DNA from: an uncultured cyanobacterium
Lineage (GTDB): Bacteria; Cyanobacteriota; Cyanobacteriia; Cyanobacteriales; Nostocaceae
Reading direction: 5' to 3'
DNA: 64,000 nucleotides
NCBI GenBank assembly: GCA_963706595.1
Contig: OY970166.1
Span: 1 to 64,000 of the forward strand
The notes beneath the pieces are model-generated. The model was not told the origin of the DNA and did not search any database. It saw only the letters and a list, made by a program, of their open reading frames with translations. Positions 53,733 through 64,000 of the stretch are shown piece by piece (the stretch's first letter is position 1; the number at the start of each line of letters is the position of its first letter). A program made the position numbers and the translations under genes.

Positions 53733-53750
53733 AAGCCCTTTGAATTTGGA

Positions 53751-54053
53751 TTATATCTGACCGCTAAAGGCAGGCTTTACTTTGCGGTCAAACCTTTCCC
53801 CCAAGTCTTCGGAAATTGTTAAAGTACCTGGTTTACAGCGCTTGACATTCACAAGTATTCCTTGCGCCCCTTCGACCTCCAAATCTTCTATGTAGCCTTT
53901 GAGTGCGACATTAGCATCAGTGGAACTCAAAAATGGACCGAAGTAGTAAGTACAACTGGGATTTTGCGTCACAATCTCCACCCACCAAGCTAGGCCCAGG
54001 TTGTGGAATGTGTTAATCAATGATTCCTTCAGGTTATGCCAAATTGTTTGCAT
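53751..54053 (-). CDS. DUF1816 family protein
   Basis: WWVEIVT.NP.CTYYFGPF...GYIEDL..EGAQGI...KRCKP..LTI. Confidence 0.85.
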   Translation of the reverse strand: MQTIWHNLKESLINTFHNLGLAWWVEIVTQNPSCTYYFGPFLSSTDANVALKGYIEDLEVEGAQGILVNVKRCKPGTLTISEDLGERFDRKVKPAFSGQI

Positions 54054-54151
54054 GGTTGTAGCCGATTTATCAATGTGGTACTGAATATTAAAGGAAAGGA
54101 TATTGTGTTGTTTTTCTTTTACATTTCTTTATACTCTTTTACTGTCTTTTT

Positions 54152-55123
54152 TTAAAGAGGTTTTGGTAATTTATCTAGGTACAAAGTGTTTAAAGAGCGT
54201 TGGCGATAGATTTCATAAAGCGCCATACCTGCCGCCACTGAGGCGTTGAGACTAGGAGTTTTGCCCAGGAGAGGTATTGAAACCAAGACATCGCAGGAGC
54301 GCTGTGTCAGCATACCCAGCCCTTCGCCTTCGGAACCGATGACCAAAACGATCGGGCCACTGAATTTAACTGTATGCAGGGGTTCGCTTCCACCGCTAGC
54401 AGTACCATAAATCCAAAAGCCAGCTGCTTTCAATTCTTCTAAGGCGCGACTGAGGTTAACTACTCTAGATACAGAAAAGTTTTCTAAAGCACCTGCTGCC
54501 ACTTTCATCACGGTAGAAGTAATGCCCGATGCCCTTCTTTGGGGGATGACCAATCCCTGAGCGCCTATGGCTTCAGCCGTACGAATAATTGCTCCCAAAT
54601 TGTGGGGATCAGTAATTCCATCAGCTACCACAATGACAGGATCAGTCACAGATTTCGCTTGTGCAATTAAATCGGTTAACTCCATGTAGTCATGGGGGGC
54701 TACTTGCGCCGCGATACCTTGGTGATTAGCCCTATCAGTAATGTGGTCTAAGCGTTTTGGTTCTACTTCATCAATAACTGTGCCATTTTCCTTCGCTTGC
54801 AGGAGCAAATGATGAAAGCGGTGGTCGTAACGCAGACGAGTAGTAATCCAGATGCGGTTTAGTCCCCGTTCACCTTCTAAGGCGCTCAAAACTGGATGCC
54901 GACCATAAATGAGATCACTATCTTCTGGTGGTTTTGAGGCTACTGGGGATGCTTGGGGATCAATGCGATGTGGGCTTGGGTTTCTGGATACAGGCTTTTT
55001 ATCTCGCTCTCCGACGCGGGGACTGCGGATAGAACTAGGAATGATCCGCTTGGCCTTTAACTTCAGAGTTTGCCCACGATTCTGTTCGCTAGGAGTCTGG
55101 ATTTTCCTGGGTTTACTTGTCAT
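54152..55123 (-). CDS. rlmB: 23S rRNA Gm2251 2'-O-methyltransferase RlmB (SPOUT)
   Basis: [37 protein letters not shown]. Confidence 0.93.
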   Translation of the reverse strand: MTSKPRKIQTPSEQNRGQTLKLKAKRIIPSSIRSPRVGERDKKPVSRNPSPHRIDPQASPVASKPPEDSDLIYGRHPVLSALEGERGLNRIWITTRLRYDHRFHHLLLQAKENGTVIDEVEPKRLDHITDRANHQGIAAQVAPHDYMELTDLIAQAKSVTDPVIVVADGITDPHNLGAIIRTAEAIGAQGLVIPQRRASGITSTVMKVAAGALENFSVSRVVNLSRALEELKAAGFWIYGTASGGSEPLHTVKFSGPIVLVIGSEGEGLGMLTQRSCDVLVSIPLLGKTPSLNASVAAGMALYEIYRQRSLNTLYLDKLPKPL

Positions 55124-55220
55124 ATAAGTTTTGGGTATAGTTTATTGGGTGGACGTTGTGATGCTTTGAATTTACTCAAGCCCAAGTGCTGAGTTTCCTA
55201 TCCTGAGATTGAGTCGCTTA

Positions 55221-55700
55221 CTATTTCTCTAGATGGAGTTTTTGCAACAATTCAGTTAAGCGTGGGAAATCGGAGAGATACAGGTAGCCAATTAAAGTTT
55301 CTAAACTTGTTGCCTGTTGATAGATTTTGGGATCAACCCGCTTAGGTCGTCCTGAAGCGGCGTTACGGCCTCGACGGACAATTTCTAATTCGGCTGGACT
55401 CAAATGAGGAGTAAGCGATCGCAAATGAAGCGCTTGTGTTTCGGCTCTTACCTGTGCTACTACCAAACAGTGGTAGGTTTTTGTCTGCTGCATAGGCAAC
55501 AGATAGAACATCCTAACATATAATTCATAGATTGCGTCACCTATATAGGCTAAAGCCAACGGCGACATTTGTTGTATTTGTGAATGAGTAATCTGTAGTG
55601 GTAATGTCCCGGTGGTTGCCAACAATGCTTGATGCCAAGACAAATCCGGTGTAAGGGTTTCATCTTGTCCATCTAATAGCTCTTTTTCCTGTGATGTCAC
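55221..55700 (-). CDS. mrnC: Mini-ribonuclease III
   Basis: LAYIGDAIYELYVR, RRGRNA, YQQATSLETLIGYLY. Start uncertain (GTG 55700 or 55742). Confidence 0.88.
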   Translation of the reverse strand: MTSQEKELLDGQDETLTPDLSWHQALLATTGTLPLQITHSQIQQMSPLALAYIGDAIYELYVRMFYLLPMQQTKTYHCLVVAQVRAETQALHLRSLTPHLSPAELEIVRRGRNAASGRPKRVDPKIYQQATSLETLIGYLYLSDFPRLTELLQKLHLEK

Positions 55701-55951
55701 AAATTCATCATTCCTTAACTGGCTGTTGGCAGGGATCTTCACAGAGCTTTAATTGGTCTATGGTTTCTGAAACCAGCCATGTTGGTACACCTAAGATCAT
55801 CGAGAATGTCAAATATTATTTCTTAATTTTAACCTTTTTTGATTAGTAGTTGATCTTCAGGAGCAATCTATTGTATCAGATAACCAAGCTATTAACCAAG
55901 CTATTTGACTAACTTGACTAGTATGTGGATGTTAAATATTACCTAATTTTT

Positions 55952-55981
55952 AAACCTCTCTCGCCAGGAGAGAGGTTTTTT
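55952..55981. terminator. Hairpin with T-run on the plus strand
   Basis: AAACCTCTC-N7-GAGAGGTTTTTT. Confidence 0.5.
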
Positions 55982-56061
55982 GTCAGCGGTTTGTAAAAAT
56001 TAAGCTACCCAGATATAATTTCGTTCAGATGAGTGTATGTCTCTAGATAAAGCGATCAAGA

Positions 56062-56424
56062 CTACTTGATGTTTTCTAAAGCCGCATCAACTGAAGTTTG
56101 CAGGGCTAGAAACTTTTCTAAGCGAACAAGCTTGACCGTTTGAGTGACGCGGGCATTTGTGACAATTTGCAAAGTACCACTGGCAGTTTGAGCTTGTTTA
56201 GCTAGCTGCACCAGAGCGCCCAGGCCGGAACTATCAACAAAGTCAATTTGTGAGAGATCCAGGATAATATGCTTTGGACCCTCATCAATTTTACTGCCAA
56301 TTACCTTGCGAAACGTCGGCTCAGAAAATGCGTCTAACAAACCTGTGAGGCGGAATAGCTGACAGTTATCCCGGACTTCGCGAGTACCTCTCAGGCTCAC
56401 GGTTAGATTTAGTGGTTCAGCAAT
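56062..56424 (-). CDS. STAS-domain anti-sigma factor antagonist (probable ATT start)
   Basis: IILDLSQIDFVDSSGLGAL phospho-Ser motif. GAGGAGG lies 5 nt upstream of ATT at 56424. Confidence 0.88.
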   Translation of the reverse strand: MAEPLNLTVSLRGTREVRDNCQLFRLTGLLDAFSEPTFRKVIGSKIDEGPKHIILDLSQIDFVDSSGLGALVQLAKQAQTASGTLQIVTNARVTQTVKLVRLEKFLALQTSVDAALENIK

Positions 56425-56479
56425 AATTCCCTCCTCATGGTTAAAGTAAACGCTCAAGTATAGATGGTTTTAGCACAAG

Positions 56480-56630
56480 TTGTCTACAACCTGCTGGGTT
56501 GACACTCACCGAATTAGAAATTCGGGGATTCTACATTCACTGACTCGCCGTTAGACGACAGGCTTGCGCCAACCGCCCAAGAGGGCAAATCTCCTGTAGC
56601 GTAAGTTCCGGTATGCCCTACCGTACTGAG
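56480..56630 (-). ncRNA. Predicted omega/reRNA of the tnpB element (scaffold plus flanking guide CCCAGCAGGTTGTAGACAA)
   Basis: Overlaps the tnpB 3' end. Stem CGGTA/TACCG with loop GGGCA complementary to downstream TGCCC, CTACA/TGTAG stem, RE hairpin, TCAA. Ends approximate. Confidence 0.65.
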
Positions 56631-57859
56631 TCCTAGTCTCAAAATATTGATTGCGGCATTGGTATCTCTGTCTTCTACATATCCGCAATGTGGGCAAACA
56701 TGAGTCCTTGTAGACAAAGATTTCTTCACTTTCTGTCCGCAGTTAGAACAATTTTGGCTTGTATTATGGGGTGGCACTGCAACAGTTACCGAACCATATT
56801 TATGACCAAAATATTCTAACCAAGCGCGAAAAGTATACCAACCAGCATCACTAATCGATTTAGCTAGATGTCGATTTCTTACTAGCCCTTTCACATTTAA
56901 ATCTTCATAGGCTACCAAATCATTAGATTGGATGACGGAGTACGCTAATCTCTTGCAATACTCTTTTCGTTGCCTACTTACCCTTAAATGCTTGCGAGCA
57001 TACCTATTTCTAGCTTTGTGGTAATTGTTTGATTGCCGTTGCTTGGCTTTTTTCTTAGCTGCACTAAACTTCTTGGATTTCTTGCGGTTAGCACGGTTTA
57101 ACTGTTTTTCTGACTTACGGTAGAACTGGGGAGAAGGTTCTACATTACCTTTGTTATCAGCAATGAAGTATTTCAATCCCAAATCAATGCCAACTATTTG
57201 GTTCGTGGGTTGTTTTTCCACTCTCACATCAACATCAACCGCAAATTGAGCATAGTATCCGTCAGCACGACGCACCAAACAGACACGCTTAATTTGCTTG
57301 ATGTCATAGTAATTAAGGTCGTAAGTCCCTTTTAGCTTGAGAGTGCCAATACCTTTCTTATCTGAGAAGGTTATGGCAATTCTTGTTTCTGAAAGCTTCC
57401 ATCCGGTTGATTTATATTCAACTGAACGGCAATTTTTCTTGAACTTGGGGAAACCCTTTTTACCCAAAACCTTTTTCTTGCAGTTATCGTAAAACCGAGC
57501 TATTGCACTCCAGGAACGTTCAGCAGCAGACTGTCTAGCCATTGAGTTGAGTTCATCAGCAAAGGAAAATTCAGCGGCGAGTACCGCACAATATTTATTG
57601 AGGTCATACCTACCAATGTTTTTATGATCCATCCAGTAGCGCAAACACTTATTTTGGATGAACTGGGAAGTACGAATCGCCTCATCAATAGCGCGATACT
57701 GCTTGTCTTTTCCTTTGACCTTGAACTCGTAAACAATCATGGTTCGACCAATTGACCACAAATTTATGTTACCACAATTGACATAAGACGGCTAAATGAA
57801 TTTAGCGCATTCGCTTAGATCCCCCGAATGGAATTCGGGGGTTTTACGCATCACGGCTC
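56499..57859 (-). mobile_element. tnpB-only IS200/IS605-family element (IS1341/IS891-like), 1361 bp
   Basis: Left end TTAT|GAGCCGTGATGCGTAAAACCCCCGAATTCCATTCGGGGG. Right end GAATCCCCGAATTTCTAATTCGGTGAGTGTCAA|. No tnpA and no TSD. Confidence 0.9.
56514..57740 (-). CDS. tnpB: RNA-guided endonuclease TnpB
   Basis: GFPKFKK, RuvC-I GIDLG, RuvC-II YEDL, zinc finger CSNC..CPHC, RuvC-III DRDTNAAINI. Confidence 0.95.
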   Translation of the reverse strand: MIVYEFKVKGKDKQYRAIDEAIRTSQFIQNKCLRYWMDHKNIGRYDLNKYCAVLAAEFSFADELNSMARQSAAERSWSAIARFYDNCKKKVLGKKGFPKFKKNCRSVEYKSTGWKLSETRIAITFSDKKGIGTLKLKGTYDLNYYDIKQIKRVCLVRRADGYYAQFAVDVDVRVEKQPTNQIVGIDLGLKYFIADNKGNVEPSPQFYRKSEKQLNRANRKKSKKFSAAKKKAKQRQSNNYHKARNRYARKHLRVSRQRKEYCKRLAYSVIQSNDLVAYEDLNVKGLVRNRHLAKSISDAGWYTFRAWLEYFGHKYGSVTVAVPPHNTSQNCSNCGQKVKKSLSTRTHVCPHCGYVEDRDTNAAINILRLGLSTVGHTGTYATGDLPSWAVGASLSSNGESVNVESPNF

Positions 57860-57863
57860 ATAA

Positions 57864-57896
57864 GGGAGTAGGGAGTAGGGAGTAGGGAGTAGGGGG
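57864..57896. repeat. STRR array (GGGAGTA)n abutting the IS left end
   Basis: Four tandem heptamers. Confidence 0.85.
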
Positions 57897-57954
57897 AAAG
57901 AAATTTACGCAAAACTTTTTTCACTCAAAACTTTCCTCACTCAGCACTCAGCAC

Positions 57955-59109
57955 TCAGCACTTCGATAGCCGGGAAGTTCGCATTGTTTGGACAAATTGC
58001 TCAAATAAGTAGTCAGCATCGTGAGGGCCAGGACTAGCTTCTGGGTGATACTGAACGGAGAATATAGGCAGAGACTTATGACGGACCCCAGCCACCGTGC
58101 GGTCATTGAGGTTGAGATGGCTAACTTCGATAACTCCCACAGGTAATGAATCTGGGTCAATCGCAAAACTGTGGTTTTGGCTGGTAATTTCTATCTTCTG
58201 CTGTAGTCCTGCGGGCTGGTTTAAACCACGATGACCAAATTTGAGTTTATAAGTTTCTGCCCCTAGAGCGTGACCTAAAATTTGGTGTCCCATACAAATA
58301 CCGAATATGGGTTTTTGACTTTCCAGCAATGCTTTAGCAGTGGTAATGCCTTCAGTGACGGCGGCTGGATCACCAGGGCCATTGGAAAGAAAGATGCCAT
58401 CTGGGTTGTATTTGAGAATTTCCTCTGCTGATGTATCTATGGGAACCACGATGACTCGACAACCGTAACTGGCTAGGCGACGCAAAATATTCCGTTTTAC
58501 ACCAAAGTCCAGGGCGACAACTGTGAAAGGTTCCCCCGAATTTACTAGAGATTCTGAGTTGAATTCCCAGGCTGGAATTGTCGCCTCTGTCCATTCATAG
58601 ACAGAAGGGGTGGAGACTTGACGCGCCAAGTTTAAACCAGCCATGCTAGGTGCTGCCTGTACAAGTTCTAACAATTCCACTTCATCGAGAATTGATGTAG
58701 AAATACCACCATTCATGGCTCCTAATGTGCGAATTTTGCGTGTGAGGGCGCGGGTATCAATGCCGTAAATACCAGGGATTTGGTGCTGATGGAGGTAATC
58801 AGGCAGGGATTGTGTTGAGCGCCAGTTACTGGGACGATGACAAATATTGCGTGCGATCGCTCCTTGCACTTGCGGCCGAGCCGATTCTTCGTCTTCAATA
58901 TTGATACCAGTATTCCCTAATTCAGGATAGGTAAAAATGACAATTTGACCGCAATAGCTAGGGTCAGTCAGGACTTCTTGATATCCAGTCATGCCAGTGT
59001 TGAATACCACTTCCCCGATTTTGGTTCCCGTTGCACCAAAAGACCAACCGCGATAAGTAGTTCCATCGGCTAAGACAAGTAGAGCAGGTATTGAGTCAGT
59101 CAGGGGCAT
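57955..59109 (-). CDS. carA: Carbamoyl-phosphate synthase small subunit
   Basis: [50 protein letters not shown]. Confidence 0.97.
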   Translation of the reverse strand: MPLTDSIPALLVLADGTTYRGWSFGATGTKIGEVVFNTGMTGYQEVLTDPSYCGQIVIFTYPELGNTGINIEDEESARPQVQGAIARNICHRPSNWRSTQSLPDYLHQHQIPGIYGIDTRALTRKIRTLGAMNGGISTSILDEVELLELVQAAPSMAGLNLARQVSTPSVYEWTEATIPAWEFNSESLVNSGEPFTVVALDFGVKRNILRRLASYGCRVIVVPIDTSAEEILKYNPDGIFLSNGPGDPAAVTEGITTAKALLESQKPIFGICMGHQILGHALGAETYKLKFGHRGLNQPAGLQQKIEITSQNHSFAIDPDSLPVGVIEVSHLNLNDRTVAGVRHKSLPIFSVQYHPEASPGPHDADYLFEQFVQTMRTSRLSKC

Positions 59110-59461
59110 AGGTGATTAAGACTTCCATGATAGGTTTAAATATTGGGCATGGGGTGTTACCCCGATTTCCAAAGAGGTAATTCTTCTCTCTACCCCCAAG
59201 AAGTGTAGCAAAGCTTGACCTTGGATATAGTGGAAGAATCATGATCTTGATTGTGGAAATTTATTTAGCCGTCAACAGTCAGCAGTTAACAGTCAACAGT
59301 TAACAGTAAGCAGTCTTGAGTCCTCAATTTAGCTAATACTGCGAATATCAATTATCTCATCTGGCACTCCCTACACTTGATTTTCTAGGATTTGGTCAGA
59401 ATCGGTGGCAAAACAAAACTAAATTTGCAGTCCCTTACATTAAGTAAAATTGAAGTTAATT

Positions 59462-60508
59462 ATGCTTCAGTCGTTTTTATCTCGTGCAACCCTGATTTTT
59501 ATCTCCAGCACTCTCGCAGTTTTGGGTGTTGCTTGTAATCAAAAAAAATACACTTCTGGGACTATTAGCCATCAAAATTCTGTAGTCACTGACAATTTGG
59601 CAGTTTCGCCTCCTGTGGAACCTATAGCACCACCAGCATTGCCAGCACCGAAAGCACTACCACCGTCAGCACCCGAAAGAAATTTTTTTGAGCTGGCGCT
59701 AGATAAAGCGGTAGGGGCTTGGAGCATCAGTCAATCGGCTCAATCGCCAGATGATTGGCAGTTGGTTGTCAGTCAGTACCAAGATGCGATCGCGCTCATG
59801 GAAAAAGTGCCGGAACACAGCTTGGAGTTTGACACAGCCCAAGACAAAATTTTCCAATACCAAGGTCAGGTGAAAACAGCCCGACAAAAAGCTACTCCTC
59901 GCCCTGTCCCGTTACCAAAGCCTGAGAATCAGCCCATCGTCGTGGCTGTTCCCCAGCCTCAAACCACTCGTGAGCCTACCCTAAATCCACCTGCATCCAG
60001 ACCACAGCCACCAGTTAAATCCATTGCGCCGATTTCCGCATTACAAGCCCCAGACAAAGCAGTATTTACTGCCCCCATCAAACGACGCATGGGTGGAACG
60101 CCAATTGTAGAAGTCATTTTCAACAATCAGCAGAAATTTGAAATGATTGTGGATACAGGAGCCAGTGGTACAGTGATCACCCAAGAAATGGCTAATGCTT
60201 TGGGAGTTGTGCCAGTGGGAACAGCTAAGGCCAATACTGCCAGTGCCAGAACTGTAGAATTTCCCATTGGTTATGTTGATTCAATGGCAATTGCTGGGGT
60301 AAAGGTGAATAGAGTTGCAGTGGCGATCGCAGGCGAACAGTTAGAAACTGGATTACTAGGTCACGACTTTTTTGGCAACTATGATGTCACCATTCGACGC
60401 GATGTGGTCGAGTTTAGTCCGCAATCACACTTAGAAATTAATGCTGTAGAAACTCAACCAGCTGTGCCAATTTTTCCCAAGCCGAACCAGACCGAAGAAT
60501 TTCCCTAG
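59462..60508 (+). CDS. Lipoprotein with Pro-rich linker and retropepsin-like aspartic protease domain
   Basis: Lipobox [16 protein letters not shown] (DTG), GLLGHDFF. Confidence 0.88.
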   Translation: MLQSFLSRATLIFISSTLAVLGVACNQKKYTSGTISHQNSVVTDNLAVSPPVEPIAPPALPAPKALPPSAPERNFFELALDKAVGAWSISQSAQSPDDWQLVVSQYQDAIALMEKVPEHSLEFDTAQDKIFQYQGQVKTARQKATPRPVPLPKPENQPIVVAVPQPQTTREPTLNPPASRPQPPVKSIAPISALQAPDKAVFTAPIKRRMGGTPIVEVIFNNQQKFEMIVDTGASGTVITQEMANALGVVPVGTAKANTASARTVEFPIGYVDSMAIAGVKVNRVAVAIAGEQLETGLLGHDFFGNYDVTIRRDVVEFSPQSHLEINAVETQPAVPIFPKPNQTEEFP

Positions 60509-61502
60509 ATAAACTCACACCTTGAGCATGGTCTAACAACGGAATTGCCCCCGCTACTTGCAGTGCCAAGGAAGCATTTAATGCTACAGCGTCCTGTTGT
60601 GCCTGAGTTCCCTTACCTTGTAATACTGCCTTCAGAATCACTGCATTTTCTTGAACATCTCCACCCCGGAGGGCAGCGAGGGTAGCAGTATTTACGCCCA
60701 CTTCTTGAGGATTGAGAGTAGTTAAATGCACTTCACCCTCTGATAAAACTGCCAAATCCGTGATATCTCCTAACCCAGCCTCATCCAGTCTTTCTCGCCC
60801 ATGCAGGACAATCGCTTTTTGTTTACCCAAATTATTTAACGCTTGGGCAACAGTTGTTAAAAGTTTGGGAGTGAATAGCCCGACTACTTGCCCACTGGGA
60901 TGTAATGGATTGACTAATGGTCCAAGTAAATTAAATATTGTTCGGACTTTGAGAGTTCGTCGCAAAGAACCCACAGCTTTGAGTGCAGGATGCCACCCAG
61001 GAGCAAATAAGAAAGTTATCCCTACTTCTTGTACTGCCGCTTGCACCTTTTCCGGAGCAGCACCCAGATTGACTCCCAAAGCTTCCAAGACATCCGCGCT
61101 ACCTGTCAGACTTGACGCGGAACGATTGCCATGTTTAGCAACGGGGACACCGTAGGCAGCAGCAACAAAAGCAACTGCTGTGGAAATATTAAAAGTTGAT
61201 GACCCATCGCCGCCAGTACCACAGGTATCTATGAGATTGGGAACTAGGGTTTGGGTGGATATTTGCTCAGTCCCCAGTCTTGATTGAGATTGTAATACTT
61301 CCGCCATCCCCGTCAATTCTTCGGCGGAAATGCCTTTAAAGTTCAGCGCTGTTAAAATTGCCCCTGATAATTCTGGGGGAACAGCCTCAGTTAACCACCC
61401 TTGCATCAATTCCGAGGCTTGAATGCGAGTCAATGATTGACTATCCATTAATTGTTGCAGCAGCAGATGCCAGTTAGCAGAGGATGCTGGAGAAGTTGCC
61501 AT
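60438..61502 (-). CDS. trpD: Anthranilate phosphoribosyltransferase
   Basis: [40 protein letters not shown]. Confidence 0.97.
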   Translation of the reverse strand: MATSPASSANWHLLLQQLMDSQSLTRIQASELMQGWLTEAVPPELSGAILTALNFKGISAEELTGMAEVLQSQSRLGTEQISTQTLVPNLIDTCGTGGDGSSTFNISTAVAFVAAAYGVPVAKHGNRSASSLTGSADVLEALGVNLGAAPEKVQAAVQEVGITFLFAPGWHPALKAVGSLRRTLKVRTIFNLLGPLVNPLHPSGQVVGLFTPKLLTTVAQALNNLGKQKAIVLHGRERLDEAGLGDITDLAVLSEGEVHLTTLNPQEVGVNTATLAALRGGDVQENAVILKAVLQGKGTQAQQDAVALNASLALQVAGAIPLLDHAQGVSLSREILRSGSAWEKLAQLVEFLQH

Positions 61503-61744
61503 AGTATTACTTGGTTGTAGGGTGTAGCTCAGTTGAGGATAGGAGCTATCCTACCGAAAAATGGGAACCTACTGAAGAAGAGGCAGGGGGATAGGGAGCA
61601 GGGTGCAGGGTGCAATGCATGATTTAAGCCAAATTTAGTTAAGAGAAGGTTATAAAGTACGCAAGTTTTAGGTAAAATCAAATAATTGTCGGATTTTATT
61701 CATAGAATTTCATTCTGAAAATGCAGAATTTATAGGAGGAATTA

Positions 61745-61954
61745 TTGTATACCTCAAAGAGTGTTCAAGTCGGGGATAAAGTTTTGATACTACGTCCAGC
61801 TTATGTAATCGGAAAAGTTGGCGTAGTTTGTGGGTTCGAGTCAAACTCGGATAGTCAAGCTAGCAGGCGTTGTATTATCCAAATAGAATCGGAAAATATT
61901 GTGGTGTCACTCACCCCGGACGAGTTTCAGGGACTTAGCCCGGGATTTAAATAA
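61745..61954 (+). CDS. Small hypothetical protein, KOW/SH3-like
   Basis: AGGAGG RBS before TTG. VQVGDKVLI..P..IGKVGVV pattern. Confidence 0.55.
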   Translation: MYTSKSVQVGDKVLILRPAYVIGKVGVVCGFESNSDSQASRRCIIQIESENIVVSLTPDEFQGLSPGFK

Positions 61955-61956
61955 TT

Positions 61957-62223
61957 TCACAGTGTTGTCGGTGGTTCTATGTCTTGAGCAATGCTCAGTT
62001 GTTTTTTGCTGCGTTTCAACTGCTTCCAAAGAGTTTTAATTTTTTTATAAGCTTGTTCGGGAGTCAGTTTCCCAGATGTTTCTAAATTGGAGATGTAGCC
62101 CACTCTTTGAGCAAATTCTTGCAGATTGGCATTAAATACTAAATGTTCTGGCCGAAATTGACCATAATAGCGACTGCGAGGGTAAATAAAGTTGTTTTTA
62201 TCGTCCTGATTAGGCTCTGCCAT
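61957..62223 (-). CDS. Conserved small cyanobacterial hypothetical protein
   Basis: FIYPRSRYYGQF.PEHLVFNANLQEFAQRV..I.NLETSGK....AY..IK.LW. Confidence 0.8.
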   Translation of the reverse strand: MAEPNQDDKNNFIYPRSRYYGQFRPEHLVFNANLQEFAQRVGYISNLETSGKLTPEQAYKKIKTLWKQLKRSKKQLSIAQDIEPPTTL

Positions 62224-62388
62224 CAGTTGACCCCCCTATTAATTAGTTTTTCATCAATACTAAACTAATGTAACTATTGGCGTGACTAATTTTCTGCCAA
62301 TTTGTCAAAAGTTTTTCTCAGGATGGTCGATGAAGCTGAAAAATATGAGAGACACGAAATTCGTGCCTCGAAAAGGTTTGGTAATCTT

Positions 62389-62577
62389 TCAGAAAAGATT
62401 TTCTTCCCCATGACGAGATGTATATGTGGCTACTACAACTTGTTGTGGTGTCAATTGACTAATGGGGGCTGGTTTCATATCCCGGTAGTCTAGCAACTGC
62501 ACTAAAATTAAGTAGGCGATCGCTAACAGAATAGAAATTGCACCTGTAATCACTGCCACAATTTTCGAGCGATCCAT
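62389..62577 (-). CDS. Small single-TM hypothetical protein divergent from trmFO
   Basis: MDRSKIVAVITGAISILLAIAYLILVQLLDYRDMKPAP, RBS GAGG. Confidence 0.72.
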   Translation of the reverse strand: MDRSKIVAVITGAISILLAIAYLILVQLLDYRDMKPAPISQLTPQQVVVATYTSRHGEENLF

Positions 62578-62706
62578 TAATATTTCCTCTCAGTACTTTT
62601 TATACATATTATAAAAGTTTACACAAAATATCCCATGAACCTGATCATTTATGATAATTGATATGCACTTCCAGCAAATTTAAATTGGGTAACTCAGCGT
62701 ATAAAT

Positions 62707-64000
62707 ATGGATAAACAACCGATACAAGTAATTGGAGGTGGACTAGCTGGGACAGAAGCAGCTTGGCAAATAGCCCAGGCTGGAGTGCCGGTGATTCTCC
62801 ATGAAATGCGCCCAAGTCGCTTTAGTCCTGCCCATCATACCGAACATCTGGCAGAATTAGTCTGTAGTAATTCCTTTGGGGCTATGGCAAGCGATCGCGC
62901 TACCGGATTATTACATGAAGAACTACGTCAACTCAACTCTATTGTTATTGCCAAAGCCGATGAACACTCGGTTCCGGCTGGTGGGGCGTTAGCCGTAGAC
63001 AGAGGGCGATTTGGTCAAGACTTGACGGAAACCTTATGTAACCATCCTTTAATTGAATTTCGCCGGGGTGAAGTCCCAGCAATTCCTGAAGGAATCGTAG
63101 TTTTAGCCACGGGACCTTTAACCAGTCCTGATTTAGCCGCAGATTTGCATCGCGTGACGGGGATGGAATATCTCAGCTTCTTTGATGCGGCGAGTCCCAT
63201 TGTTGTGGGAGAATCGATTAACCATGATGTAGCTTTTATGGCATCGCGCTATGACAAAGGTGAGGCGGCTTACCTAAACTGTCCGATGAATAAAGAGCAA
63301 TATCTGCACTTTTGGTCAGAACTCCGTCAAGCTGAACAAACTGAAATCAAAGACTTTGAACGGGAAACAGCCAAGTTTTTTGAAGCTTGTTTACCCATTG
63401 AAGAACAAGCACACCGGGGAGAAGACACCATGCGTTATGGTCCTCTGAAACCAGTGGGATTGTCTGATAGTCGCACAGGGGAACGTTCCTATGCAGTGGT
63501 ACAACTCCGCCAAGAAGATAAAGCTGGTCAACTTTGGAATATGGTAGGATTCCAAACTAATCTGCGTTGGGGTGAACAAAAGCGAGTTTTCCGGCTGATT
63601 CCCGGTTTAGAAAATGCCGAATTTGTGCGGTTAGGAGTCATGCACCGCAACACTTTTTTGAATGCACCGCAATTAATGCACTCGACTTTGCAATTTAAGC
63701 AGCGTCCAACTTTGTTAGCAGCTGGACAGTTGATTGGGACTGAAGGTTACAGCGCAGCCGCAGCAGATGGTTGGTTAGCGGGAACTAATGCCGCCCGGAT
63801 AGCTTTGGGTAAGGAACCATTAACAGCACCACCAACTACAATGATGGGGGCGTTATTAGAATTTATTAGTTCAGCTTCACCGAAGCATTTTCAACCAATG
63901 CCGCCAAATTTTGGTATTATGCCGGATTTAGGGGTGAAAATAAAAAGTAAGCCGGAGCGTTATGGACGTTATCGCGATCGCTCTTTGGCTGACTTAGCAA
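62707..64000 (+). CDS. trmFO: Folate/FAD-dependent tRNA m5U54 methyltransferase TrmFO (runs off the window; missing from the ORF track)
   Basis: Manual translation: [72 protein letters not shown]. Confidence 0.96.
   Translation, partial: MDKQPIQVIGGGLAGTEAAWQIAQAGVPVILHEMRPSRFSPAHHTEHLAELVCSNSFGAMASDRATGLLHEELRQLNSIVIAKADEHSVPAGGALAVDRGRFGQDLTETLCNHPLIEFRRGEVPAIPEGIVVLATGPLTSPDLAADLHRVTGMEYLSFFDAASPIVVGESINHDVAFMASRYDKGEAAYLNCPMNKEQYLHFWSELRQAEQTEIKDFERETAKFFEACLPIEEQAHRGEDTMRYGPLKPVGLSDSRTGERSYAVVQLRQEDKAGQLWNMVGFQTNLRWGEQKRVFRLIPGLENAEFVRLGVMHRNTFLNAPQLMHSTLQFKQRPTLLAAGQLIGTEGYSAAAADGWLAGTNAARIALGKEPLTAPPTTMMGALLEFISSASPKHFQPMPPNFGIMPDLGVKIKSKPERYGRYRDRSLADLA

Larger units (their letters stand above)
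3521..63981. repeat. HIP1 octamer GCGATCGC dispersed throughout (roughly 50 copies by eye)
   Basis: Examples near 3521, 6126, 11441, 19494, 27314, 33077, 46213, 55414, 62891. Far above random expectation for an 8-mer in 64 kb. Confidence 0.9.

Noticed and set aside
56514..57740. TnpB as a nuclease-dead TldR regulator or Cas12
   Set aside because: The catalytic D-E-D residues and both transposon ends are intact, and there is no CRISPR array.
61517..61554. GTAGCTCAGTTG resembling a tRNA 5' arm
   Set aside because: No T-loop (GTTCGA), anticodon arm or acceptor stem follows. It fits a GTAG...CTAC palindrome instead.

Overview
This window is a core-genome segment of a filamentous cyanobacterium of the Nostocales type. 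Evidence for that is ntcA, an hli gene, about 50 HIP1 GCGATCGC octamers counted by eye, and heptameric STRR arrays. Most of it is housekeeping genes: minCDE, pyrB, tldD/pmbA, arfB, tpiA, folP, a wza-like exporter, hisB, fabI, ntcA, pdxH, argB, a SWIM/SNF2 pair, pnp, an aminotransferase, class I aldolase, rlmB, mini-RNase III, a STAS protein, carA, trpD and trmFO. The first ~8 kb carries many frameshifts, probably consensus errors. The main finds are five. (1) An ORF-less, promoter-equipped ~190-nt element just downstream of ntcA that copies the fold and right end of a TnpB omega/reRNA, a candidate stand-alone guide RNA. (2) A complete tnpB-only IS200/IS605-family element with readable ends, target motif TTAT and guide. 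(3) An Rpn/DUF4351 nuclease gene with a strong internal RBS-ATG, a candidate intragenic antitoxin, bracketed by two direct copies of a small repeat. (4) A probable AUU start codon on the STAS gene. (5) Several families of REPIN-like and MITE-like intergenic elements, some nested. All family assignments come from motif recognition by eye; no searches were run.
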